From Chiloscyllium plagiosum (Eukaryota), in the NCBI RefSeq assembly GCF_004010195.1, contig NC_057751.1:19430535-19494534 (forward strand): DNA of 64,000 nucleotides, given 5' to 3'. Made by a program: the position numbers and the translations under genes. Below are positions 12,660 through 24,850 of the stretch, in pieces. Each line of letters begins with the position of its first letter. Positions within the stretch are counted from its first letter, which is position 1. The notes below the pieces were generated by a model. The model was not told where the DNA came from, made no database searches, and worked only from the letters and a program-made list of their open reading frames with translations.

Positions 12660-12966
12660 CATAGAATCCCTGCAGTGTGGAAGCAGGCCATTTGGCCTAT
12701 CGAGTCTACACTGACCTTCTGAAGAGCATCACACCCAGACCCCCATTCCTGTAACCTTGCATTTCCCATGGCTAATCCACCTAGTGTGCACATCCCAGGA
12801 CATCTGGGACAATTTACCATGGCCAATCCACTTAACCTGCATATCTTTGGACTGTGTAAGGAAACCCACGCAGAATGTACAAACTCCACACAGGTCACCC
12901 GAGGGTGGAATCAAACCTGCGTCTCTGGTGCTGCGAGGCAGCAGTGCTAACCACTGCGCCACCTTG
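12660..12966 (-). mobile_element. HE1-type V-SINE
   Basis: Head, V-domain and tail match 8452-8764. Confidence 0.8.
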
Positions 12967-13199
12967 CTACCTCATACACATACACAACATAAACAAGAAT
13001 GGATGCAATGTACCAGCATGCTATACTTTGAATTGTAAGAATGGAACTAAGTTGTGGACAGCATAGCCAAACCTATAATGTTTGGTAATTCTGAATGCTG
13101 ACTCCTCGTATCTTTATAAGAAAAATCTACTTCAGTTCCCCATTCTTGAGATTTCCTCATTCTTGTAAAAATAAAATTCCCTGTCCATCTTGTATTTCA

Positions 13200-13900
13200 T
13201 TGAAAATTGACGAGGTGAGGAAATTTCCCTCCACCCCTCCCCAAAAACTCATGTTTTTGTTTTTATTGCCTGTATGGGTCAGACTGTAAAGGTGAAAGGG
13301 CTGTTTGCTGAATTGAGGATCATAAAATATGAGGGCACCCTGGATGAGATTTGTTTTAACTCTGATTTTTTTTTTCCCTTTTACTGAGCTAACAGTGGGC
13401 AAGAAGGGAAATTAATGTACCTCAGATTTTGTTCACCTGCATCCCACTGTGCAACTTCTTTATGTTCAACATTAGTTTGCCAGTATCATGTTTCTACTTG
13501 TTCAAAGCAACAACCTTGGTTAAGTTACTTGCTACTGAATGTGCGCGTAGCACAGTGAACTATAATTATAAAACTGCTGACTGCAGAGTGCAATTTTCTT
13601 GCAAGAATGTGACTCAAAGCTTGAGCATTACCCTTCCTCCTTCACTCACGTCACCAGATGTGCTCATGTTTTTTTACAGTTGCCTGGAATTTCCACAGAT
13701 TCTTTCTGATTTCCCACCATAAATTGGAAAACCCTGAGATACACTGCCTGGAGTAGCTAACTATAATTGATCACCATCTCTTTGCGGAGTAGGGAGAGAA
13801 GAATGGGGAGTTCTGCCATGGTTATGGTGGGTAACTAGAAAAATCACGTAGCGGTTTCCCTCCATATGTCTAGTTGATATGGAAGTCACTAGTTGTAATT
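13200..13900. promoter_or_regulatory. Candidate cis-regulatory module (kB/AP-1/CRE/ETS motif cluster)
   Basis: Stretch without recognisable repeats containing GGAAATTTCC 13219-13228, TATA-like 13561-13573, TGACTCA 13610-13616, TCACGTCA 13646-13653, TGGAATTTCC 13685-13694, GGAAAACCC 13726-13734 and GGAAGT 13881-13886. Motif evidence only. Confidence 0.3.
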
Positions 13901-14024
13901 CTGTTCTCTCATCTCTGGCATCATCAAAGAAGATGCAAAGAAGGCTATCACAAAATTTGATGGATTTGTTTTTAAAATCATAAGTTCAGATAAAGTAAAC
14001 AAATAGAAGTAGGATTTTTTTGAT

Positions 14025-14130
14025 GTAATGGTAGTGTCCCTCCTTCTGCGCCAGGAGACCCAGGTTCAATCCCACCTGCTCCAAAGGGGTGTATTGACCT
14101 CTTTGAACAGGTTGATTAGGGAAATATAAC
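14025..14130 (+). mobile_element. Short (~110 bp) tRNA-derived SINE
   Basis: B-box-like ggttcaatccc; a second copy at about 36995-37105 shares gtgtccct...ctgctcca...tgaacaggttg. Confidence 0.55.
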
Positions 14131-14194
14131 AAATAGAAACTTTTTTTTCCAGTGGCTTAAAGGGTCAGTGGCCTGATGGCAATAATTGAAAGTG

Positions 14195-15145
14195 ATAGAA
14201 CAAAGAAAATGACAGCACAGGAACAGACCCTTCAGCACTCCAACCCTACACCAATCCAGATCCTCTAAACCTGTCACCTATTTTCTAAGAATCTGTATCC
14301 CTCTGCTCCCTGCCCGTTCACGTATCTGTCTAGGTATATCTTAAATGATGCTATCGTGCCTGCCTCTACCACCTCTGCTGGCAACATGTTCCAGGCACCT
14401 ACCATCCTTTGCGTAAAGAACTTCCCACACGTATCTCCCTTAAACTTTTCCCCCCTCACCTTTTGAACTCGTGACCCCTAGTAATTGAGCCCCCCCCTCC
14501 CCCCCCTCCAGGGGGGAAAAGCTTCTAGCTATCCACCCTGTTTATATCTCTCATGATTTTGGAGATCTCAATCAGGTCCCTCCTCAACCTCTCTCTTTCT
14601 AATGAAAATAATCCTAATCTACTCAACCTCTCTTCATAGCTAGCACCCTCCATACCAGGCAAAACCCTGGTGAACCTCCTCTGCACCCTCTCCAAAGCAT
14701 CCACAATGATTTGGTAATGTGGTGACCAGAAAATTTGCGTAGTATTCCAAATGTGGCCAAAACAAAGTCTTTTACAGCTGTAACATGACCTGCCAACTCT
14801 TGTACTCAATATCCCGTCCAGTGAAGGAAAGCATGCCGTATGCCACCTTAATCACACTGTCGACCTGCGTTGCCACCTTCAGGGTACAATGGACCTGAAC
14901 ACCTAGATCTCTCTCTGTCAATTTTCCCCAGGGCTTTTCCATTTACTGTATAGTTCGCTCTTGAATTGGATTTTCCACAATGTATCACCTCGCTTTTGTC
15001 TGGATTGAACTCCATCTGCCATTTCTCTGCCTAAATCTCCAATCTTTCTATATTCTCTGACAGTCCCCTTCACTATCTACTACTCCACCAGTCTTAGTGT
15101 CATCTGCAAACTTGCTAATCAGACCAACTGTACCTTCCTCCAAAT

Positions 15146-15182
<37 letters not shown>

Positions 15183-15685
15183 AAACAACAGAGGTCCTAA
15201 CAAATCCTTGTGGAATGCCACTGGTCACAGTTGTTCATTTTGAGAAGCTCCCTTCCACTACACTGTCTCCTGCTGCCCAACCAGTTCTCTGTCCATCTAG
15301 CTCGTACACCCTGGACCCCATGAGATTTGACTTTCTCCATCAGCCTACCATGATGCGGAACTTTATCAAGCACCTTACTAAAGTCTGTGTATATGACAAC
15401 TACAGCCCTTCCCTTATCAATCAACTTTGTCACTTCCTCAATGAATTTAATAAGTTGGTAAGGCATGGCATTCCTGCACAAAACCATGTTACCTATCACT
15501 TTCTTCCAAATGTAAATAGATCCTATCCTTCCGTATCTTCTCCAGCAGATTCCCTACCACTGATGTCAGGCTCACCGGTCTATAATTATCTGGATCATCC
15601 CTACTATCCTTCTTAAACAAGGGGACAACATTAACAATTCTTGAGTCCTCTGGAATCTCATCCATGTTCAAGGATGCTGCAAAAA
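14195..15685 (-). mobile_element. CR1 LINE RT-to-3' end fragment
   Basis: Minus-strand NVVPLFKKDSRDDPDNYRPVSLTSVVG, DFSKVLDKVPH, LERVQRRFTR and FFTQRMVGAWN. Confidence 0.85.
15151..15179. repeat. (TA)n microsatellite inside CR1
   Basis: About 14 TA units. Confidence 0.95.
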
Positions 15686-15869
15686 TCACTGAAGAAAGCA
15701 GTGGTAATATAAAGGGGAAGTATTTTTGTGTAAATGTGTTATGATTTGTAATGTACTGCCTGATAGGGTGGTAGCGCCAAATTAATAGTAGCCTTGAAAG
15801 AGGAATTGGATAAATACTTAAAGGAGAAAAAGTTGAAGGGATAGAAACTGGATTGGTCCTTTTTTTTAA

Positions 15870-16405
15870 AATTCATATGGGCATCGCTGGCTTGGCCAGC
15901 TTTTAACCATCTGTAATTGTCCAGAGGGCACTGAGGACTCCAGACCCACAGTAATGTGGTTGAATCCTATGTAGACAGGAGAAAGTGAGGTCTGCAGATG
16001 CTGGAGATCAGAGCTGAAAATGTGTTGCTGGAAAAGCGCAGCAGGTCAGGCAGCATCCAAGGAACAGGAGAAGGGCTGTTTGAGAAGGAGAAGAAGGGCT
16101 CATGCCCGAAACGTCGATTCTCCTGTTCCTTGGATGCTGCCTGACCTGCTGTGCTTTTCCAGCAACACATTTTCAGTTCCTATGTAGACAGACCAGGTAA
16201 GGATGGCAGTTTCTTTTCCGAAAGGACATTTCTGAACCAGGTGTGTTTTTATAACGAATGCCATTGTTAGATTCTTGATGTGAGATGTTTTTATTAAATT
16301 CAAATTTCTCCACCTGCCATGAGGATTTGAACCCAGGTCCCCAGAATATTACCTGGGTCTCTGGATGAACAGCCTCATGATGATACCATTCATCCATTGC
16401 CTTCT
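15870..16405 (-). mobile_element. Meta-like SINE interrupted by a PLE fold-back element
   Basis: Reverse complement of the 60365-60725 SINE on both sides of 15979-16177. Confidence 0.65.
15979..16177. mobile_element. Fold-back PLE family B element
   Basis: 14-bp direct repeat TCCTATGTAGACAG at 15965-15978 and 16178-16191; inverted arms 16014-16072 and 16118-16176; GGGC-TCAT-GCCC-GAAACGTC. Confidence 0.8.
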
Positions 16406-16997
16406 CCAAAGGATTTTAACCCTGGGCACCTTTTTTGTGCAGTATCAATGATTTTATTGCATAAAATGATGCCTGATTGCTACAAAGGCTGACTCCTCTC
16501 ATGCCTGCTGCTCTCGTTCTCACTTTGTTACCTGCTTCCTGTCCAAACATATGTGCATGTACAACTTTTAATTGAGAAATATCTATTTCGAAGTTGATGT
16601 ACCTCACTGCTAAATCATTTAAAACTTCAAAATGTTTCAGCACATCCAAAGGCAGGTGTGCATATACATGCTTGCACAAGGAGGATTTAATTCCCTGCAG
16701 AGTTCAGTTACTAACTTTACCTTTGTTACTTTGGAAGAGTGACATTTGGATGTGAGCATCTTGGAAACTGGGAGAGTTGCAGAGTATTCTGCTCATGAAT
16801 GGCATTGGTTTTGACCTTGATAACCAGCACCCTGATAAATTGTACAAGAGTTTAAAAAATCAAGGAATTTCATACTTTTAGAAAATTCCATTAAGAAATT
16901 TTTTTTTTGAAAAAGAAAGTGTTCCAATTAGCTGCAAACAAATCCAGAGTTGTCAGTTAGGGGTTACAACTCTAGGCAAATGGACTATCCTATTATG

Positions 16998-17283
16998 ATT
17001 TGGAGATGCCGGTGTTGGACTGGGGTGTGCAAAGTTAAAAATCACACAACACCAGGTTATAGTCCAACAGGTTTAATTGGAAGCACACTAGCTTTCGGAG
17101 CGACGCTCCTTCATCAGGTGAGAGTGGAGGGCTCGATCGTAACACAGAATTTATACCAAATTTTTGCTATAAATTCTGTGTTACGATCGAGCCCTCCACT
17201 CTCACCTGATGAAGGAGCGTCGCTCCGAAAGCTAGTGTGCTTCCAATTAAACCTGTTGGACTATAACCTGGTGTTGTGATTTG
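16998..17283. mobile_element. Young palindromic PLE family A element with two opposed hammerheads
   Basis: 12-bp direct repeat TATCCTATTATG at 16986-16997 and 17284-17295; 116-bp inverted arms 17045-17160 and 17163-17278 with one visible mismatch. Confidence 0.85.
17203..17237 (+). ncRNA. Minimal type I hammerhead ribozyme (family A)
   Basis: CAC-CTGATGA-A-GGAGC-GTC-GCTCC-GAAA-GC-TA-GTG: stem I CAC/GTG, stem II GGAGC/GCTCC, palindromic AGCT helix III, predicted cleavage after A17234. A mirror copy lies on the minus strand at about 17086-17120. Confidence 0.7.
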
Positions 17284-17858
17284 TATCCTATTATGCAGTA
17301 ACTATATAAACAACTTGTTTTTGTTAAAATATTGTTGCAGTGGAAAATACACTCTTCCAAAGTTAGGTTTTCAAGTGAGAAGTTTAGCTGAAAACATTTA
17401 GTTTTGGGAAGATTAAAATCAGTGAGCATGGCAATCTTCATTAAGGAGGAACTTTTGAGTAGAATTAAAACACATTTGCCAGTGTATGGGCTGATAAAGG
17501 CGTTGATGGGTCAAGTTCTGTGCAAAGGATGAAATATTAGCCTCCTGTTCTCAAACACATCCTCACCTGAGATTTGAACCACTAAAATATGTCTAAGCAT
17601 ATAGAGCACTGTAACAAACTAATTTAGTCAATATTCATTTCCATGTGGTGGAGGTGATTATCACAATGCCAATATGTACTGGAATTAGTAATTCAGAGAC
17701 CCTGCCATCCTTACCAGGTGTGACCAATAGGCCTCCAAATCCACAGTGATTTCTGAAATAGCCTCACAGGTCACTTGAGGGCAATTTGGGATGAGCAACA
17801 AATAGTGACTCCCACATCCCATGAAACAAAAAAAGTTCTGGAATGTGGATTACGTGTA

Positions 17859-17951
17859 TTATCTATAGCGTAACAGCCCACCATTTAGTTATCTATAGCG
17901 TAACAGCCCACCATTTAGTTATCTATAGCGTAACAGCCCACCATTTAGTTA
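17859..17951. repeat. Perfect 3 x 30-bp minisatellite
   Basis: TTATCTATAGCGTAACAGCCCACCATTTAG repeated three times without spacers. Confidence 0.95.
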
Positions 17952-20417
17952 CACATTTTATCAGTACCCTATCTTCTGGGCAAATAAAAGGTTTGACTTT
18001 TTTTTTCTTGTTTACAACTCATGTAAGAAATATTCACACCTGTCCTGAAGGCAGAGTTGGGGTACATTTCTACATGTGATAGAATCCGTCCACTACTTAA
18101 CACCAAATTACTTTTGCCAAGACAAATATAAACATACAGTTTAACCATAGACAGCATTATAGCTGAGTCTGATTCTGACTGTAAAGGATAAGAAAACTTG
18201 TCAACTGTGAAAAATGGCAAACTGTTTAAGATTTTTATTGACTGTGTGGCTGATTGGGTTGTGGTACTGTATAAATTAATCTTTGCTCTCCTCCTCACTG
18301 AATTTACATTACAATGTATAAAATTCAGTTATCAAAAAACTGGATGTTTTTGAAATTGTTATATTTTATACTATACTTTGTCCCAGTAAGTCAGAATTAG
18401 TTTTAAATTTTCTCTCCTCTGGTTCTCTGTAGGGCACTGGCTCCTCCACCTTGTCTGATAGTCTAGTTCTTGTGCTTGAGTCAATGCCTTTGGCAAAAGT
18501 TTTGATACAGTAGGGACAGTGTTCTGTTATGTCAAAAAAGTTTGTTCGGCCCACCAGTATGACTGCAAAAAGAAAGCATGATAGGGCCAGGAACAAAGGA
18601 TTGGGGGCAGAGTAAGCTATTGGGCCATCTGAGCCTGCTCAACATTTGATAAGATCCTGGCTGATCTGGTTATCATCTCAACTGTTTTTTCTGTCTGCCA
18701 CCACCCCCTCCCCAACCATTTGACTCCCTTGTCTTATCAAAAAATCACCCTGGAATAAATTGTTACCCAGCCTCCACTTTTTGCTGAAGAAGAGAATTCC
18801 AGAGACTAATGACCAAGGGTGATCATGTACCTTTAAACTCTGTGCCCTTGTTCTCCCCTACGAGAAAAATATCCAGTATCGACCCGGTCAAGTCCCCTCA
18901 GGATCTCATGTCTTAATAAGATCACCCCTCATTATTCTTATTCTCAAGGGCATAGACCCAACTTGTTCATAATTTATTTTTTAAAAAAAGGACCTTGATC
19001 CCAGTGATGAGCTGAATGAACTTTTCCAAATTACTTTTAATGCAGTCATATCATCTTATTTTTAAAAATAAGGAAGCCAAAACTGCTTGTAGTACTGCAG
19101 ATGTGGCCTTCTACAAGCAGTAAAATGTCAATAAATGCTAATGCTCCATTTACCACCTTTTGATCCCATGCTGTACCTGAGTACTGTCATTTTATGATTC
19201 GTGTACTAGAACATACAGGCTGTGTACCACTGAGTTGTGCAATTTGGCAGGACGAATAAAACAAATCCCAATTTTTCCACATTTAAAATGCTTGAGAGAG
19301 ACTTTTGTCATCCTCAATTTATCTTCCAACCTATTATCACATAAAACATGGCTACCAAACTTTCAGTCCTTTCATCCAAGTCATTGTATATAAACTTTAA
19401 AGCAGTTGAGGCCCTCGTACTGATCTATGTAGCTTATCTGGTAGTGACCCATTTATTTTTCTTGTTTCCTGTTAGCTAACCAATCTTTCATTGATGTTAA
19501 TATATTACCCCTTGCATCCTGTATTTTTGAGTAATAACTTTGGATTTGGCATCTTTATCAAGTGTGTTTTTAGAAATTCATCCACCATGTGTACAGGGTC
19601 TCCTGTATCCACTTTGCTTGTTATTTCCTTTTAAAGCACTTTAATCAACACCATTTCCCTTTACAGCGCCATGTGGTCACTGCCCAATTCCATCATGGTT
19701 TAAGAATCCTGCTTAATAATGGATTCAAGATATTGTTTTATGATGTTCGGTTATCTGACCCATAGTTTGCTTTTTTAAACATTTGCAGATCTCTTGCCTC
19801 CAAAATCTAAGGTATTTTGAAAGGCTGTAAACTAATGCCTCTCCTATTTCTACAGTCATTTCTTTTAAGGGACTTTGTAATGTGAGCCTTTGATTCCCAG
19901 GGGATCTTCCCTTGTTGATTTGTGATTGCTTAAAATCCATTGAATGTAAAAATGTAGGTGCAGGAGTAGGCCACTGAGCCCCTCAATCTGCTCTGGCATT
20001 TAATACGATCATGGCTGATGTGATTATTTCATGTTCTTGCCTACCCCAATAACATTTAATCCCCTTGGCAATTGAGAATCTATCAACTTCTGCCTTAAAT
20101 TTATTCAAAGATTCTGCTTTCACTGTCTTCTGAGGAAGTGTTACAAAGACTGTCACCCCTCTGAGAGATAAGAATCCTCCTTGTCCCTTAATAGGTGACC
20201 CTTATTTCTAAGTAGTGATCTAGATCTCCATCTAGATTGTATTATGAAGTGAAATATCCTCTTCACATATACGCCCCTCAGGATCTTGTATGTTCTGATC
20301 AAGTCACCTGTTGCTCTTCTAAACTTAAATGGATACGATTCCAGCCTGTTCAACTTCCCTGGTAAGACAACCCACTTGTTCCAGGTATTAGCCTAGTAAA
20401 AAGGTAATCATGTTTAT

Positions 20418-20579
20418 AGTCGCGAGTGTGGAGCTGGAAAAGCGCATCAGAGGAACAGGGCAAAAGCCCTTTTGCCCGAAACGTTGATTCTCCTGTTCCT
20501 CGGATGCTTTCTGGCCTGCTGTGCTTTTCCAGCACCACACTCGCGACTCCAATCTCCAGCATCTGCAGTCCTCACTTTC
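20418..20579. mobile_element. Fold-back PLE family B element
   Basis: Inverted arms agtcgcgagtgtgg...ccacactcgcgact; ttttgcccgaaacgtt motif; family B 3' end ctccagcatctgcagtcctcactttc. Confidence 0.7.
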
Positions 20580-20594
20580 GTGATGTTGATAATT

Positions 20595-20777
20595 CTACCA
20601 GACCATTGGACTGGTCTTTCATTAGAAGGAAACAACTGGTGCTGATTTAACCTGAGGATCGTCACCCCTCAGGAGAGAGCCCTTCATGGTAACCTCAGCC
20701 AGTGCAGCAATTGAACTCCAGCATTGCAGGTGCATGACAAACCAGCAGCTATCCATCCAACTGAACTAACCAACCCT
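20595..20777 (-). mobile_element. tRNA-derived SINE (same family as 31185-31500)
   Basis: Minus-strand head ggttggttagttcagttgg, B-box-like gagttcaatt and body gctgaggttaccatgaagg. Confidence 0.55.
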
Positions 20778-20889
20778 GAACTACTACCAATGCATTTTTG
20801 TCCATCCTTAAAGGAGACCAATGGCCTAACCAGTGCCCTGTACAACTGAAGCATGTTTGTATTCCATTCATGTTCGGCATTTAGATTTA

Positions 20890-21444
20890 GAAATAACTCC
20901 CCTGGGGCCAGTATCCCCTCACTATGTCCCCCTTTTTATTTACACATGGAGAGTCCTTGACACTGATGCAGTTCCCTTCAAGCCAACTCTGAGTGACGAG
21001 AACCTCTGACAGTCACCCTCTATCTAGCATCAAAGAAACCTGAGTCTGAGCTGGATATGGCAGATGTCACAGCCTTGACGCCTTTACCACCTGAAGAGGA
21101 GAGTGAATTGCTTCCAAAAAGCTCCAGCTGCAAGAGATGGGCTACAATCCACTACACGCTGCCTGTATCCAAGGCTGAGTCAGAGGAACCAGACCCAATG
21201 TGAAAATGTCCCGGGGGACTACAAGAAAAAGGACAGGCCTATGTCCCTGGACTTAAGAGAGTCCCTTACTGTGGCTGTTAACCTGGTCTAATCAGGGAGC
21301 CCTGGCTGACCGATCTAAACATGAGGATTAGATATCCTGTTCACTGAGAGTTGGCTCTGGGGGAGCGAGATCAGCGTCAAGGACTCTGCATGTAAATAAG
21401 CGGTGACTTGGTGATGGAATACCGGTCTCTATGGAATTATTTCA
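20890..21444. mobile_element. LTR-like element with inverted terminal segments
   Basis: 20890-21000 is an imperfect reverse complement of 21340-21444. The right arm ends ...taaataag...ttatttCA, like an LTR R/U5 end. Confidence 0.5.
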
Positions 21445-23466
21445 GATACTATTGTTAACTTTTTGAGAACCATGGATGATGAAACCTCCTCAAAGAATCT
21501 TTTTGTCCAGTGTGATATAATGGTTGAAGGTTATTAAATATTCCTTAAGTTTGCCACAGCATCTCTCAAGTCTCAGTTTTTTAGCTTAGGTTCCCAGTTT
21601 GCTTTAGCTGTTTCTTGATAGCTTTATTACATTTTTAGTTAGGTTTAAAATACTAGTTTTAAAGCCACACACATCCACTACAGACTCCTTTTTAACATGA
21701 AGTTGTTGAATCATCCTGTCTCATTGCACATTGCCATGTCTGCACCCTGGTAGACTTGAAGTGCTTTAAGAAATTGTCTCAATCGACTCATATTTATTAA
21801 TTCTTCCAGACTACTTTTGACAATCTGATTCTACCAACCGACATGTAAATTCAAGTCACTTTAGATTGTGATACCTTTCTTTATGTTCTCCATTTATTTC
21901 TTCCTGTATATTTTACACTACACTAGAAGGTGATGGCCTAGTGATATTATTGCTAGACTATTAATCCAGAGACCCAGATAATGTTCTGAAGATCCACGTT
22001 TCAATCCTGCCATGGCAGATGGTAGAATTTGAATTCAATTTCTTTTTAAAATCTGTAATTAAGGGTCTGATGACCATGAAACCATTGTTGATTATCAGAA
22101 AAAAACCCATCTGGTTCACTAATGTACTTCAGGGAAGGAGATCTGCCATCCTCACTTGGTGTGGCCTACGTGTGACTCCAGATCCACAGCAGAAACAGCC
22201 CTGTTGACCCTGCAAAGTCCTAACATCTGGGGTCCAGTGCCAACATTGGAAAAGCTGTCTTACAGACGAGTCAAGCAACAGCCCAACATAGTCATACTCT
22301 CTGAATCATACCTTACAGACCATGCCTTATAACCGTCCCTGGGTGTGTCCTGTCCCACCAACCGGATAGACCCAGCAGCGGTGGTTGGCACAATGGGATA
22401 CAGTTGGGAGGGAGTTGCTGAGTCCTCAATATTGGCTCCAGACATCAGGAAGTCTCCTGCTTTAAGATTAAATATGGGCAAGGAAGCACTGAGGATGGCA
22501 AGGCACAAAATGTACTCTGGGTGGGGGATTTCAGTGTCTACCACCAAGAGTGGCTCAGCAGCAGTATCACTGATCGAGCTGGTCCTAAAGGATATAGCTG
22601 CGAGACTGGTCTGCGGCGGGACGTGAGGGAACCAACAAGGGAAAAACATACTTAACAATTACCAACCCCTTATCGATCTGCCAGCTGCCGATGCATCTGT
22701 CCATGATAGTATCAATAAGAGCGACCATCGCACAGTCCTAAATCCCGTCTTCACGTTGGGAATAATTTCCGTCATGTTGTGTGGCGCTTTCACTAAGCTT
22801 AATGGGACAGACTATGAACAGATCTAGCAACTCAAGACTGGGCATCCATGAGGTGCTGTGGACCATTGACAACAGCATAAATTGCATTCCAGCACAATCT
22901 GTAACTTCATGGGTCAGCATATCCCCCACTCAACCATTACCATCAACCCTGAATCAACCCTGGTTCAATGGAGAGTGCAGGAGGGCATGCCAGGAAAAGC
23001 ACCAGACACACCTGAAAATGAGGTGTCAACCTGGTAAAGCCACCAAACAGGACTGCTTGCATGCCAAACAGCATCAGCAGCAAATGATAGAGTTAAGCAA
23101 TTTCCACAGCCAACCGATCCAATTTAAGCCCTGCAGTCCTGCCACACCCTGTCCTGGATGGTGGTGGACAATTACAGTTCACAGGAGGAGGAGGCTCCAC
23201 AAATGCCCCCATCCTCAATGATGGAAGAGCCCAGCACATCAGTGTGAAAAATAAGGCTGAAGCTTTTGCAGCCAGAATTGCAGAGTGGATGATCCATCTC
23301 TGCCTCTTCCAGTGGTCCCCAGCATTACACATACCAGTCTTCCGCCAATTTGATTCACTCGGTGATATCAATAAATGGTTAGAGGCACTGAATAGTGCTG
23401 TGAACCCTGGCAATATTCCGGCAATAACACTAAAGACTTGTGCTCCAAAACTGGCTGCTCTCCTAG

Positions 23467-24850
23467 GCAAAAGTGAGGTCTGCAGATGTTGGAGATCAGA
23501 GTCAAGAGTGGTGCTGGAAAAGCACAGCAGGTCAGGCAGCATCCAAGGAGCAGGAGAATTGACGTTTCGGGCAAAAGCCCTTCATCAGGAATAAGGCTGG
23601 TAGTCTTGGAATCTGCCATTACAACCCATTATTAGCCATTAATTGTCCACTAATAGCTATTCATTCTCCCAAGCTGATCATTATCCACACCTTTGACTGT
23701 CGAGCTGTCCTTCTCTCTCATTGGGCTCCATCTCCACCTATCATTTACTCCTTTCCTTCTTCCCCCACTCTGTCTTCTTCATAAAAGAAAAAATTCCTAT
23801 CTACCATCAATGCTGAGGAAGAGTCACTGAACCTGAAAAGTTAACTCTAATTTCTCTCTACAGATGCTACCAGACCTGCTGAGCCTTTCCAGCAATTTCT
23901 GCTTTTTCTTTGTGGTTTAAGTATTGTTGCCAATGATGTGAACATCAGAATGACCCAGCATTGGGAGGCACTTCTACAGCTGCTGAGCGCAAGATATTGG
24001 GAGAGCAGTACTGTGGAGGGATGATGCATCCATAACGAAGTATGAATAGGTTTTACAGGAATAATACTTCCTGGACGGTCTTTATGGAAAGTGGATACGA
24101 GTGGGGAGGGAAAAATATCTCTGGTGATGGGGTCGGTTTGCAGGTGGCAGAAATGGCGGAGGATGATGCAATGTATCCAGAGGTTGGTGGGGTGGAAGGT
24201 GAGGGTTGGGGGTTCTGTCCTTGTTGCGGTTAGAGGGGTAGGGTTTAAGGGCGAGGTGCAAGAAGTGGATGAGAATGCGCTGGAGGGCATCATTGACCAT
24301 GTGGGAGGGGAAATTGTGGTCTTTAAAGAAGGAGGACATCTGTTCAACCTCCTGGTGGGAGCACGAGGTGGCGCCAATGCAGTGATCAATGTAGCGGAGG
24401 AAAAGGTGGGGAAATGGTGCCAGTGTAACTATGGAAGATAGACTGTTCCACGTAGTTGACAAAAAGGCAGGCATAGTTGGGGCCCATGCGGGTGCCCATA
24501 GCTATCCCATTGGTCTAGAGGAAGTGGGAGGATTTGAAGGAGAAATGGAGGGTGAGGACCAGTTCAGCCAAATGAATGAGTGTGTCAATGGAAGGGTACT
24601 GGTGGGGACATTAGGAGAGGAAGAAACGGAGGGCTTGGAGGCCCTGGTCATGGCGGATGGAGGTGTATAGGGACTGGATGTCCATGGTGAAGAATGAGGC
24701 ATTGGGGCCCAGGGAAAATAGAAGTCTTGGAGGTGGTGGAGGGTGTGTGTGGTGTCCTGAATGTATGGTGGGAGTTTCTGGACCGGGGGGATAGGACAGT
24801 ATCAAGGTATGTGGGGCAGGAGCAGGCTGAGACGATGGGTCGGCTGGGGT
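23467..24850 (-). mobile_element. Penelope-like element: RT remnant plus family B terminal repeat, with a nested family C terminus at about 23615-23910 (+)
   Basis: Minus-strand FFTMDIQSLYTSIRHDQGLQAL, GIAMGTRMGP and LFLRYIDHCIG are PLE-type RT motifs. The flanking LINE sequence is duplicated imperfectly (gctctcctag / gctcccttag). Confidence 0.8.
23558..23592 (-). ncRNA. Minimal hammerhead ribozyme (family B), intact core
   Basis: Minus strand reads ATTC-CTGATGA-A-GGGC-TTTT-GCCC-GAAA-CG-TC-AAT; stem I pairing is weak in this copy. Confidence 0.6.

Larger units (their letters stand above)
18590..20880 (-). mobile_element. Degraded CR1 LINE pieces (at least two copies) with nested insertions
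   Basis: CR1 3' tails at about 18600 and 19950; peptide GDLIRTYKILRG on the minus strand. Confidence 0.6.

Noticed and set aside
17859..17951. 30-bp repeats as a CRISPR array
   Set aside because: The units are contiguous with no spacers, there are no cas genes, and the context is a vertebrate genome.
18366..18596. 76-aa minus-strand ORF with a hydrophobic N-terminus (secreted peptide?)
   Set aside because: Non-ATG start, no recognisable family or splice context, and the length is expected by chance.
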